DNA of 64,000 nucleotides, taken from contig NC_043009.1 of the NCBI RefSeq assembly GCF_006345805.1, forward strand, positions 39,432,001 through 39,496,000, read 5' to 3'. This stretch comes from Octopus sinensis. Taxonomy: Eukaryota. Below the pieces are notes generated by a model. That model saw nothing but the letters and a program-made list of their open reading frames with translations, ran no database searches and had not been told where the DNA came from. Position 1 is the stretch's first letter, and each line of letters begins with the position of its first letter. The translations under genes and the position numbers were made by a program. Shown here one piece after another: positions 24,187 to 36,949 of this stretch.

Positions 24187-24692
24187 AAACACACAAATAA
24201 ACAAGGAGAGAAAATAGAAAAAGGTTTATATACACTCATACACTCACAAACACAAATACATACATGCATAGATACATACATACGTGAAGACATACATATG
24301 TAATAACACTGGAATAAGAAAGAGTTAATTTCAATACATTAATATTTAATTCAAGGTTAACATATGTTTAAGAATGGAACTAACAAGGTGTTTATTGCTC
24401 GTGGTCAGAAACAAATGTGGACACAACACGGAACGTCTGGCTCCCGTTTGGCTACATCAAAGACCATTTCCCTTGTGCGCTCGTGCACCTGGCGCGCACA
24501 TACACACTGGCGCAGACAAGCACGCAAACATATATATAAATATAACATATATTTACTTGTACTATATGGATACATATACAATATATATAAACAATACATA
24601 TGGACACAGATAAATGTGTATATATATATATATAATATATATATTATATATATATATAATATATATATATATATGTATTATATAAATATTCA

Positions 24693-24745
<53 letters not shown>

Positions 24746-24754
24746 ATAAATATA

Positions 24755-24854
24755 NNNNNNNNNNNNNNNNNNNNNNNNNNNNNNNNNNNNNNNNNNNNNN
24801 NNNNNNNNNNNNNNNNNNNNNNNNNNNNNNNNNNNNNNNNNNNNNNNNNNNNNN
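24755..24854. other. Assembly gap (100 N)
   Basis: Direct reading. Confidence 1.
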
Positions 24855-25753
24855 ATACAATGAACAATCTTCCTTCATAACGATTCAAATTCTGGTAAGA
24901 CAAAACTTGTTCAAGTGTTTTCAATTCAAGTGTTTCAAGTTTCATATTTATTTGTCTGTGTATGTACATACATACGTATAGTATATATTATATATATATA
25001 TCTATATATATATATATATATATTATATGAAAAAAAGAAGATATATATATATAAAATATATATAATATATATATATATAGGGAGAGAGCGAGAGGAGAGA
25101 GAGGAGAGAGAGAGAATTTACAAAAAAAAAATAACAAAAGACGAAGATGGATTTGTAAAAAAACAAACAGATGTATTAGGTTAACACTCGGGAAGTGAGA
25201 AAGTCTTTTACGTTTCGAGCCTGTGCTCTTCGACAGAAAGGAACACAAAAATAAACAAGGAGAGAAAATAGAAAAAGGTTTATATACACTCATACACTCA
25301 CAAGCACAATTACATACATGCATAGATACATACATACGTGAAGACATACATATGTAATAAAACTGGAATAAGAAAGAGGGTTAATTTCAATACATTAATA
25401 TTTAATTCAAGGTTAACATATGTTTAAGAAATGGAACTAACAAGGTGTTTATGCTCGTGGTCAGAAACAAATGTGGACACACAACGTCTCGCTCCCGTTT
25501 GGCTACATCAAAGACCATTTCCCTTGCGCTCGTGCACACTGGCGCGCACATACACACTGGCGCAGACAAGCACGCAAACATATATATAATATAGCATATA
25601 TTTACTTGTACATATATGGATACACATACATATATATAAACATACATATATGGACACAGATAAATATGTATATATAATATATATATATTATATATATATA
25701 TATATATAATATATATATATATATATAGTATTAATATAATATAAATATAATTG

Positions 25754-25787
<34 letters not shown>

Positions 25788-25788
25788 A

Positions 25789-25827
<39 letters not shown>

Positions 25828-26314
25828 ATGTGTATATATATATAATATATATATATATATATTATATACATATATATGTGTGTGTGGTGTGTGTGTGTGT
25901 ATGTGTGTGTGAATATGTACATTATTAAATCTTAAAGTAAATTGCGTAGACTCATTAAATATCCCGATTGAATCCGATGAACTAGTCGATACTTTGGGAA
26001 TAAGAGGGCGCATTGAATCGGTCGACTTTCTTTTACATTCGGGAAAATCTCATCGATATGCAAAGTAGCAGAGTACCAGGATTAGAATGATTTTATTCAT
26101 AGACATTGCCTACGAGCCAATGCCCTGTGGAATTAAATTTGCGAATTGGTTAATTTCCAGTGAGCTTTGACTTTTGATTCACTTATTTTCTTGTCACATT
26201 TTTGTGTCTATATTTATTTTGAAATGTCGTCCAGCACGCAAATACTCCCAGGTATCCATCCCATCCATCCATCCATCCATCCATCCATACATACATACAT
26301 ACATACATACACAC

Positions 26315-26359
<45 letters not shown>

Positions 26360-26839
26360 TGTACAGACACACACACACACACATATATATACACGTATAT
26401 GTGTGTATATAAATTTTAAAGAGATTTCTTGTGTAAGGGCGTAACAATGCAAGAAAATAATAGACTAAAAAAGAAAAGAAAAGAAAACAGATGTTATAGA
26501 TTTCCCTTATATTTCTATATTTCGGGATATATGATCCTTTTTTCTGATCATTTCGAGAAGTTTGGGATGGAATCGGCCCGCCTTGTCAAGAAACTGAGAC
26601 CAGTCATAAACAACGGGAATGGACGACAATAAGGGACTACTGGAAGGAAACTGGTTTCTATATCAGCACTAGTCTGAACATGACACCTTCCTTCATCACC
26701 CCCACACATCTGAGCAACGACCTTTTCCATCCCTCGCTTTTTCAAATCCATAGCCCATACATTACTAATGAACACGATATCTGGGACTATAAAATCTGCA
26801 AGAAATTCTTAATATGTATGTATGCATGTGTATATGTAT

Positions 26840-27024
26840 GTTTGACAGACGAAACAGCTCCAGTCAAACTCCCCGGCCGACTCTGTTCTCGACTAAAGGT
26901 CGCGCATCGGTGCGTCGGCGCCCGCAAAGGCGCTCGACATGCACCGCGCGCTTTGCACCTGGTAACGAACCACCGCTCGGTGACGGTTCGATCCCTTCGC
27001 CATCGAGTGAGCGGGGAAACTATG
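26840..27024 (-). pseudogene. Dispersed, diverged 28S rRNA fragment
   Basis: GC-rich island. The minus strand ends ggggagtttgactggagctgtttcgtctgtcaaac, versus the conserved LSU GGGGAGTTTGACTGGGGCGGTACATCTGTCAAAC. Upstream anchors catagtttcc..ctcactcg, aagcgc and gcgcgacc are collinear with 28S around an expansion segment. Confidence 0.85.
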
Positions 27025-27480
27025 GAATGGATCCAACAAGAGAATGGATTCAAAAACTATAGAAACTCTTGCTTCGGATTGAACTGGATGGCATGAAAAT
27101 GTGTGGAATGAAAACCTTTGAGGAAGCCAAGACACAAGAGACATATAAAGAAGAACGTTGCGATCGAAAAGGTGAATCCAAGTGATCTTTTTAGTGCACA
27201 ATTTGTGACAGATCATGCATTAATTTTGCTGGGTTCAAATTTCATTTGTGGATCCATAAAGAACGAACCTCTACCAACTATTCTGCATATATATCTGTAC
27301 ACACCTTCCAATGCCGTGTATGCCATAAGGTCTGCAAATCTAACGGAGGCCTCAAGAGACATTTTAAGATCTACAAAGATCAGAACTTAATTGCAGCTCC
27401 AAATCGGATATGCAATCTCTGTGACTGTCTTTTCAATACATTGTCTAGTTTATAAAACCACATCAGACGCCTTGCTGGAA
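27025..27480 (+). mobile_element. RTE-type LINE 3' remnant with C2H2 zinc fingers
   Basis: TFEEAK.. tail followed by FQCRVCHKVCKSNGGLKRHFKI and CNLCDCLFNTLSSL*NHIR; same architecture as 46660-47145. Confidence 0.7.
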
Positions 27481-27679
27481 CACATGTGTAGGTGATCAGA
27501 CTTAAGTAGTAGACAACCACAATGTATGTATGTACACACGCGCGCACGCATATACACACGCACACAAGCAAACACGCACATAGAAAGTATGTGCTTTTGC
27601 TTTTAAACTTCTCCTCTGTCTTTCTCCCTTTGTTTCCCTATACATACATACCATACATACATACATACCATACATACAT

Positions 27680-27730
<51 letters not shown>

Positions 27731-27764
27731 GGTATGTATGTAGGTATGTATGTATTTTTTCTTT

Positions 27765-27946
27765 TATTCTTTTATTTGTTTCAGTCATATAACTGTGGCG
27801 ATGGTGGATCACTGCCTTTAGTCGATCAAATCGACCCCAGGACTTCTTTTAAGCCTAGTACTTATTCTATCGGTCTCTCTTGCGGAACAGCTAAGTGACG
27901 GAGACGTAAACACACCAGCATCTGTTGTCAAGCCATGCTGGGGTGA

Positions 27947-28010
<64 letters not shown>

Positions 28011-28170
28011 CGACGGGCTTCTTTCGGTTTCCGTCTACCAGATCCACTCACAAGGCTTTGGTCGGCCCGAGGTTATAGTAGAAGACACTTGCCCAAGGTG
28101 CCATGCAGTAGGACTGAACGTGGAACCATGTGGCTGCTAAGCAAGGTACTTACCACACAGTCACTCCTGC
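27765..28170 (-). mobile_element. SINE family A, full length
   Basis: Both halves are present with an internal (CA)n(TA)n. Confidence 0.92.
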
Positions 28171-28489
28171 ATATATATAAATGTGTATTTGAAGAGACGG
28201 AAAGAGAGGGAGGGCGATAAAGTGAGAAAGAAAGAAAATTTTTCCCTTAAAATATCAGGTTAATTATGTTGTTGACACGATTCCATGATTTTCAAGATAA
28301 GTGCATCATAGAACTGCCGGACGCTTCTGCGGTTGTTGTCACGATTGCAGCTGAAATTTCAAAGTTGCTGCTTATCGTTGTGAGATTCTGCCGTCAGTTG
28401 AAATAGCGGTTGGTTAGCTGATGCTGGTTATGAGATGCGCTGGTTATATATCGTATGAATGAGAATTGAGCTAAATATGAAGGTGGGAT

Positions 28490-29010
28490 CAAGCCAATGA
28501 AGCGTCATTGTATGAACACACGGTCTTGACGGATTTCACAATTTCAAAGACCTAATTAATAAGATGATTAAGAGAATACAATTCTAAGTGGAATATAGGG
28601 AAAATGAATTAAAGTTCCTAGATATTTTAATCATCACAAAAGTCACAAACACCGAAGCCATCATCCACTACAAAGCGAGAGCCAAATATATCATATCAAA
28701 ATAAATATACCTATTTCTTTATTACCCACAAGGGGCTAAACACAGAGGGGACAAACAAGGACATACATAGGTATTAAGTCGATTACATCGACCTCAGTGC
28801 GTAACTGGTACTTAATTTATCGACCACGAAAGGATGAAAGGCAAAGTCGACCTCGTCGGAATTTGAACTCACAACGTAGCGGCAGACGAAATACTGCTAA
28901 GCATTTCGCCCGGCGTGCTAACGTTTCTGCCAGCTCGCCGCCTTATCAAAATAAATATACCGTTTAATGTATCACGAAGAATATGCTCAATTGTTTCGAG
29001 GATAGATTAT
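28490..29010 (+). mobile_element. Penelope-like RT remnant interrupted by a SINE B
   Basis: THGLDGFHNFKDLINK..IQF*VEYRENELKFLDILI..IHYK; resumes after the SINE as NIPFNVSRRICSIVS, which are typical PLE RT/thumb motifs. Confidence 0.75.
28712..28943 (-). mobile_element. SINE family B, full length, with perfect 18-bp TSD
   Basis: tatcaaaataaatatacc at 28694-28711 and 28944-28961 flanks a near-consensus copy. Confidence 0.95.
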
Positions 29011-29189
29011 CCTGAAACTGGAGAATTGGCCCTCATGCTAATAATGTTGGGAATGAAACTGAAGACAGTCAGTTAGAAGTGGGGGAGATGATTAATTTAG
29101 GTGTGAGATATGCCAAATGCTGAATCAGAAGCTAAAAAATATATGGTTTCAAATTTTGGCCTAAGACCAACTATTTTAGCAGAAAGGAA

Positions 29190-29350
29190 GAAAAGTCGAT
29201 TAGTTGGACACCATTGCTCAACTGGTACTTATTTTATGGAGCCTGAAAGGATGAGTGGTGGAATTGACTCAGCGGTATTTGAAGTCAGAATGTAAGAAAT
29301 GTGTATAACCATTATGCCTGTCGCTCTAACGATTTTCTCAGTTGGCTATC
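29190..29350 (-). mobile_element. SINE family B, old
   Basis: aactggtacttattttat..gaaaggatga..atttgaagtcagaatgt..ctaacgatt. Confidence 0.65.
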
Positions 29351-31759
29351 TTTCACTAAGCAATGATAGGCACTCTGATATTTTCTGTTTTTTTTTTTTT
29401 TTTGATCACTACTACAAAAGAATTTAATACTGTTGCAGCATAGGCAAAAACTTCATAATGCTTCGACATCGAGCCTTTTAAAATACTTAATGCACCCACC
29501 CAAAACTTCTTTACTTAATAACTGTGTTCCTTTTTAGACCACGTTCCAAACTACTTACTCCGTCTTTCTTTCACAAAACCACCACTTTCATGGAATTCGT
29601 CTCGTAAGGTTTTCCTAATCACTCCGAACTGAACATTTTAAAGCAAGCCAATATCATAAGTCTGGAGGACATTCAGATGTCACATGTGTAGCATCTTCCC
29701 TTAAAGCGAATGAAAATGTGATAAAATAATATGACTATGCATGAAATGTCCGATTTTCTTTTATTAAATGCAATATTTTGGACTATTATATTAGAAACAG
29801 CATTTTCTATTTATATAACATGTTCTGATATATACCATAGGGAAGTAATATAAAAGGGAATAAAGTATTAAGCTTCTGTATTTCTTGGAGCAAACATTTC
29901 ACGGAGGCTGAATTACATGAATACGCTAAAGTTGTTTCTAATGTTGGCATTTTTATATCAGCCAAAATCTTATAAGATGATGTATTTTCCACTGAAAGCA
30001 TTGAAATGATTTCTGTGAACGATAACCTTCTTTTACATCCCGGCAAATGTCTAGATCGAAACAGAAAAAAAAAGAAATATATATATATATATATATACAT
30101 ATATACGTTTCTGACTATTTGGCATTACCCATTCAGCTTCTTTTTTTGAATAGGCACGTATTGGAAATGTATCTAATAAAAGAGGTTATCTAATTTAATG
30201 TTGTAAACGTGACCAACACAAATAAGCAGGAAGATTATGTCGATGATGTAAGTTTTAAAGTAAGCTAGGTATGTAAAAACTGATGTGTTTGGTCACATAC
30301 AAAGTGTAGGGTCAGAGGGGTGAACCACATTCCTCGCTCTATAGACTAATTGATATGGTATCATACTTATTGGTAAGACATACAGAAAAGTCACTTTGAA
30401 CATGTGTGTATTACTTGGAACAAACATTTCTTGTCGTCAAAATGAAATGATAATATGGAATATCTTTGTAATATATTTTTCTTCCGCTCAAATTCCTAGA
30501 AGGCACATTATTTTCTCTTAAAAGCAATGAGGTGCTCTCTATGAATAATACTAATTAGAATATTAGATAATGGGTCTTTGTTTAAATTTATACATTGAGG
30601 AATGATCTCGTTTCCAGCTTGACTGAATCATTTACATGATATATAAGTGTAACATATTTATATAGATCTGTTATGGTTGGCGGGTAATAATGCAAAGAGT
30701 AGCGAAATATTACCATTAAAAAACGTGAGTTTGGCATCACAATCATGGTGTGCGGGACTTCAACAATGAAATATATATTGTCTGTGCTTCAATAATAATA
30801 ATCTTATGTAGATGTAGAAAATTCTGTCCTTTTGGCATATTACTACAAAATTATATATTTAAATAAAAGTAGAAAATTAAATTATATAAACTTAAGCAGT
30901 TTTATGCATAAGAAAAATCAATGAGTGGGGTTAAAGATGTTGGTGATTATTTAATACTGGTACAGACCCATTACTCTTGAGTAGATATAAAACATCATAA
31001 ATATGTCTGGATGTCATCTTGATTAGCTATAAACCTTCAATGTTTCCATTGATAAATCATTAATAGTTGACGCAACACTCGGCTAAGCACACGGAAAATT
31101 AATAAAGATTTGGAAAAGAATTTAACATAAAAGACAGAAAGACACAGCGTTGTATTCTAAAGAAAGTTAATGGGAGAAATTATTTATTGACTGGGATAAG
31201 TTATATGGTAACATGTAAAAGCCAACCAAGCAGGTGCAGAGTGGAGGGGAAAGACTGGCTTAAATTATAATTTTTTTCCTTCCTTTTCAAATCCTATACT
31301 ATTTAAAGATGTGAGGTTGTTTGCACATTCTCCAGAAAACTTATTTAATTCATATAAATGTACAATTCTGTAAGCTACATCTATAACATTTATTGAATTA
31401 TACTGTAAGTTTCTCATTCATGAAATGTATGTTAAGATATTTCTTTAATTTTTTAGTCTCGAGGGAAGATATTGCTAGTCGCTCATTATATGGACTGATA
31501 GGAAAGAACGAGGAAGATGTCCAAAAACCTAATAACATGTCCAAATGCTTGCTACAGAGGGGACACCTATAAATATTGCTTAGCGTTTTAATTATGCTTT
31601 CTAATTTCCTTCTGATCTTGTGGTTATTTTGTAGTTTATATTCATCCATCCACCCATTTTCTTCGTCCAGTATTCCTGGTTGGGTCACGAGTTAGAGTCC
31701 TTAGCCACCGCTCCTATAGCGTATTATCAGAAGCAACTGTCATTTAACTTTCCCGTTAG

Positions 31760-32340
31760 ATTCCCCATTCCGTCCACTTATATTCGCGATCGTTCTCTTG
31801 TGGCCATTATCCAACATACACGACCATCTTCAAGGCGCTGACGAGTCTGTGTGGTAAGTCGTTTGCTTATTAACATGGATCCGGCTCGTGAAAATTTATT
31901 CCCACGAGAGTTCCGGACCCCAGTAATGAACTCATTTGTATACCGCCAATAAGAGCTCACCTTGACTTTGCAGTCACAACGTCAAAACCAAGTGCTGAGG
32001 ATGGAAGTGATCCAATAATCAATGGGCTAAGCAAAGCTTTTACTGCTTCACAACAATGTTATGTCCAAATCAAAGAATTCCTTGTGGGACCAGTGAAAAA
32101 ATTCACCAAGAAACTTCCTGAACAAAATTCTGGAACACACTGCGTCAGCTTCAACCCTTCACTGCTTTGGTCGGTTTTCTGGTGTGGCGTATGCACTTGG
32201 CAAGAAAAATCGAAAATCTCTAGTGCGAATTTTTTCCCCCACAAACGAAAATCTCTAGTCAGTATGAAGACAATTAGTGTGCAACCAACTGCAGCATCCA
32301 GGAGAAAGTTGGTTAGTGGTGGCAGAAACAGCACTGGTGC
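31760..32340 (+). mobile_element. Degenerate CR1/L2-group LINE ORF2 3' remnant
   Basis: With one indel it reads LYTA-IRAHLDFAV, matching the LYxxLVRPHLEYAV motif; truncated by SINE A at 32352. Confidence 0.5.
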
Positions 32341-32351
32341 TGGAAGACTAT

Positions 32352-32708
32352 CTTTTACTCTCTTTTACTTGTTTCAGCCATTTGAGTGCGGACATGCTGG
32401 AGCACCGCCTTTTGTCGAGCAAATCGACCCCAGGACTTATTCTATCGGTCTCTTTTGCCGAGCGCTAAGTTATGGAGACGTAAACACACCACCATCGGTC
32501 GTCAAGCAATATTGAGGGAAAAACACATACACACACACACACACACACACCGGGCTTCTTTCAGTTTCCGTCTAACAAATCCACTCACAAGGCTTTGGTC
32601 GGCCCAAGGCCATAGTAGAAGACACTTGATCAAGGCGCCACGCAGTGGGACTGAACCCGTAAACATGTGGTCGGTAAGGAAGCTACTTGCCACACAGCCG
32701 CTCTTGCA
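32352..32708 (-). mobile_element. SINE family A, full length
   Basis: Both halves are present with an internal (CA)n. Confidence 0.92.
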
Positions 32709-33259
32709 TCTATTGAAGGATTGTTTGAAAAATGTGAAAGGAAAGGTGCCGTTCAGATCTCAGATTATGCCTAGACGCATAACATTCGTGTATGTGTTAA
32801 AAACAACCAGTCTCTTAATAAAACACCACTACAAAGTAAACGAAGAACGGTGTTATAAGTCGACCGATCGCCAAGTTATGTCTGATTTTAGAAGGAGACA
32901 AGTAATTAGATAGATTTGATCTATACATATTATCGGAGTTTGTTAGGGCCCCATACAGTGAAGTTGTGGATGGGAAAATGTAGGTAGAGTGTGATGTGCT
33001 AGCAATCCTTTCCTCTTACTGTTATACAAAGTAAATAAGAACACAAGTAACTACGCAGTGGCTGACATGGTTGAAACAAGAACAAGGACAACAAGCATTA
33101 TTAAAAGAGAAAAGAAGCATGGTCATTCCTTTTCCAAGTGACATTATCTTATCGCCCATCACTTGTTAATCGCTCATAAATTAGTGTGGTAGTTGAGCTC
33201 TGGTTGCCTGTATGCAAATGAGTTCATAACTGGGGTCCGGAAATCTCCTGGGAAAAAAT

Positions 33260-33570
33260 TTCGCATCCGGGTCCAGTCCCATTGGCAGCCACCTTGGACA
33301 ATTGCATTCTACTATAACCCTGGAAGCTATTATTTGTGAGTGGACCTGGTAGATGGAAAGTGAAAGACGCCTGTCGTATATATGTATGTGTGTATGTGTG
33401 TGTGTATGTATGTATGTATGTTTGTACACACACATACACACATACATTCTTATTCTTTGTAAGCCTAGTATTTATTCTATCGGCTACGTTTGCCGAACCG
33501 CTATCATACGGAGAAGTAAACACAACATCGGTTCTCAAGCGAAGGTGGGGCGACAAACACAGACACACAA
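33260..33570. mobile_element. SINE A 5' half (+) and SINE A 3' half (-) joined by microsatellite
   Basis: ccgggtccagtcccatt..gtgagtggacctggtagatgg (+), then ttctttgtaagcctagta..gacaaacacagac (-). Confidence 0.7.
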
Positions 33571-33604
33571 ACATATACATATATATATATATATACATAC
33601 ATAT

Positions 33605-33648
<44 letters not shown>

Positions 33649-33714
33649 CATACATATATATACATATATATACATACATATATATATATATATACATGTA
33701 TATATATGTATGTA

Positions 33715-34190
33715 TATATACATATATATGTAATATATGTATATGTGTGTATATACACATATATCTATCTATGTGTGTATGTGTATGTGTGTGTGAGTAT
33801 GTGTTTGTGTGTGTGCGTTATTGGTCTTTCATCTACTTGAGTTTGTTGTTAGAATGTGAGTATTTCAAGCATGGTTTACGTGGCGGTATTCTTGTTATAT
33901 CATGTATCTTCGTATGTATATATATATATATATATGTAATATATATATATACATATATATGTAATATATGTATATATGTAATATATGTATATGTGTGTAT
34001 ATACACATATATGTGTCTATGTGTGTATGTGTATGTATGTGTGAGTATGTGTTTGTGTGTGTGCGTTATTGCTCTTTCATCTACTTGAATTTGTTGTTAG
34101 AATGTGAGTACTTCAAGCATGGTTTACGTGGCGGTATTTTTGTTATATCATGTATCTTTGTATATATATGTGTGTATATTTGTTTGTCTT
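33715..34190. repeat. Tandem duplication, period about 248 bp
   Basis: gcgttatt..ctttcatctacttga.tttgttgttagaatgtgagta.ttcaagcatggtttacgtggcggtatt at 33815 and 34063, with several substitutions. Confidence 0.9.
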
Positions 34191-36844
34191 CGTCTATGTG
34201 TATATCTCCTGCCACCGTCTGACAAATGGTGTCGACTTGTTCGACCACACTCTCCAAGGCACTGCTTCTGCATGACTGCACTCCAAGAATTAAAGCAAAT
34301 TAAAAATAAAAGATTTATTTAAAAAAAAACTTGTGTTGCTATCGCTGCGAATCTCTCACATTTCGTCCACGATTAAGTCTGTATACCATCAATTCGACTC
34401 ATGTTTGGCTGTATCCAGTATTCTGGATCCTTCATTTACATAAACTGGCATTTCGCATTCTGCTTTTTAACTTGTCCGCCTTTCATTTCTTATTTTAATT
34501 CATTAAAACTAAACGCAGCTTATCCAGCTATTACATTATAAATAACGATCAAGAGGGGTGTTTGGTAAATTTCTATAATGCTTATGCACTTAATTGTTGC
34601 ATAAGCACGTTAAATGTTCGCTATGTTGAATAGAATAAAATAAATATACCGACAGAGGTTAATATGCGGAATTAATTGCAGCGAGTTTATGTTAATTTGA
34701 TGCATGCTATGTGTTTATGGTGGAACATTGATGTAGCGATAATTAGATGCTATCTGGGCGCTATTTATATGGCAATATTTTAAATGAATCGATGACATTA
34801 CAAGAATGCACTGGTGTTATTTAATAAAAGGAGCTAACGGTTATCAGTCAACTCATTAGTTACATTGTGTTGGATGCACTAGTAGTTTTAGTACACAACA
34901 ATAAACTCGGTTGGAGTATTGCGTAGCGGACACTGGCATGATTAAGTACAAATGAATAACACAATATTGTTACATACAATATAAATGTTAGTGAGCCTCT
35001 CTCTGCAAGTTTTGCGGGTTTTATTGAAATTTATTAAGTTATATCCATTAATGTAAGGCTACGATCAATTAGATAATCACTCGAAAGCTATATATATATT
35101 TTTGTAGTTCTGGTTTTAACTGGATCCAGGATATGAATTGGGCCTTAATTAAATAATGGAAACTTTGAAGAGTCGAATTCCAGAAGCAATGAATTACACA
35201 CAACTAATGATTGTTTAATCTGCATATTTTCAGCATTTTAAACTAGCGTTTTTTGTTCTTTTAATTTTTATTGATATTAAAGATATATAAAATTACTAAC
35301 ATCGTTATAGGTGCCTTATTTAGGGTGACGGATTCAAGCGGATTAGTGTCAGAAAAAATGCTTTGTTCTCTTATTTCCAGCTCTTTATGTTCTGTGTTCT
35401 TTTTTTTATTTCCGAGTCAATAAAATAAAGTATTGGGGGCCAAAGATATCACCTATGTCTCTCATCTCAACCTCTGCCTTAATTAGATAACATTAATATA
35501 GATCGATTATTTAGGGAGGCTGATTGGCTGAATGAAGAGGGCGTCAGAAACTGACTTGTAATACCCCGGATCTCTACATTGTGAGTTTGCAGCACGGTTA
35601 GCCTTGCTTTTCCTCTTATCAGGTTCGACAAAATATAATGAGATCGATTAATCAACAGTTCCTTTCACTTGGTCACCTGTCTAAGTCGGAAACTATTGTT
35701 AAAAACATATTCAAGAAGTAAAATAATAATAATAAAAAACAACAGAAAACTAAACTTATTTCCCGATCGATGAATGTTTAGAGTTGCAAGGTTCATCAAC
35801 GAAATTAAGTAGGCTTGCCATTAATGTTGTATAAACTCAAATACCATGTGATCTAGCACAAACCATTGCGCTTAGGTAGTCAGCCGAGCGATTAGCTGTT
35901 GCCAAAAAGTGCATAACTCCTAGATATGTCATACATCTGGCTGGTTGCAGATGGTGCCTCTTCTGGCACGCTATAGCGTATTCTTAGTTGTGATATGTGT
36001 TTCGGTAATTTGTAAATTTGGTGACTGTCACAGTAAAGAGAATAAAGGTAACACAGTCCGAATGCGACACTGCTGCACATCTGCGTTTGTTAAATAGAAA
36101 GAGGAGTGCAAGGGTTACTGTCATGACATAACATATAATGTTAGTTGCTGGATAGCAGTCACTATCGTTGAACCCTGTGAACATAAGGAGAGAACAGACT
36201 AACACTAGGCGATATGTGTCCTGGTGGGATTAGAATGAGCATGAATGTTCTTATGACCACAAATCAATACTGGAGCTATGTCCTGTAGAGGATATTGGAA
36301 AGAAGGTTTAAAAGACGGCAGTCTAGGCAGATAGCTCAGCTGCTATCTATGTGGTAGCAAATTTCGTTTAAGGGTTTTATGCACAGAAAACCAGAAAGAG
36401 CAAAAATAATAGCAACAGCAAAAACATTCATGGGAGCTGCCGACCTTAAGATTTCACCAGGAACAACACATGAGTTGGCAAGTAAAGTTGCCCGTCTCTT
36501 GTTACCAGGAGCGAATCGTAAGACCCAAAACTTCATCTCCGAGCCCCAGATGGACAAGGACAAAGGAAGTCAACAGCGAGAACTAAACTACCAGCAGACA
36601 TCCCCAGTCTACACCTGATTTATGCTCTTTGTTTTCACAATACTTAGGATAATATGAAAACTTATCTCAGTTTCACCAGATTTATTTCGAATCAGTTTTC
36701 GCATTCACAGCATTTGTGTAGGGATACAAATGCTGACATTAAAATAATGCATAAACGAAATGAAACCTTGCAGTTTGCTTTGATATACCATGAAAATTAC
36801 AGCTTTTGATGTAGCGGCATATTTAAATGTCAACTTCAGGTTGT

Positions 36845-36898
<54 letters not shown>

Positions 36899-36949
36899 GT
36901 TTTCAAGTTTACAAATGTTAAAAATCTCTTTTGAAATTACGCAGTACTT

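Larger units (their letters stand above)
23772..25720. repeat. About 0.9-kb duplication straddling the assembly gap (probable false duplication)
   Basis: 23772-~24750 is repeated from 24856; the copies differ mostly by homopolymer and short indels. Confidence 0.85.

Noticed and set aside
29807-30100. 97-aa minus ORF with an upstream pyrimidine tract
   Set aside because: No recognisable domain, no convincing donor and no partner exons.
35880-36620. ORFs 36379-36618 (+) and 36336-36563 (-) in higher-complexity DNA
   Set aside because: No recognisable homology. A weak VLICGHKNIH resemblance to the APE GDFN motif suggests decayed LINE, but it is too weak to call.
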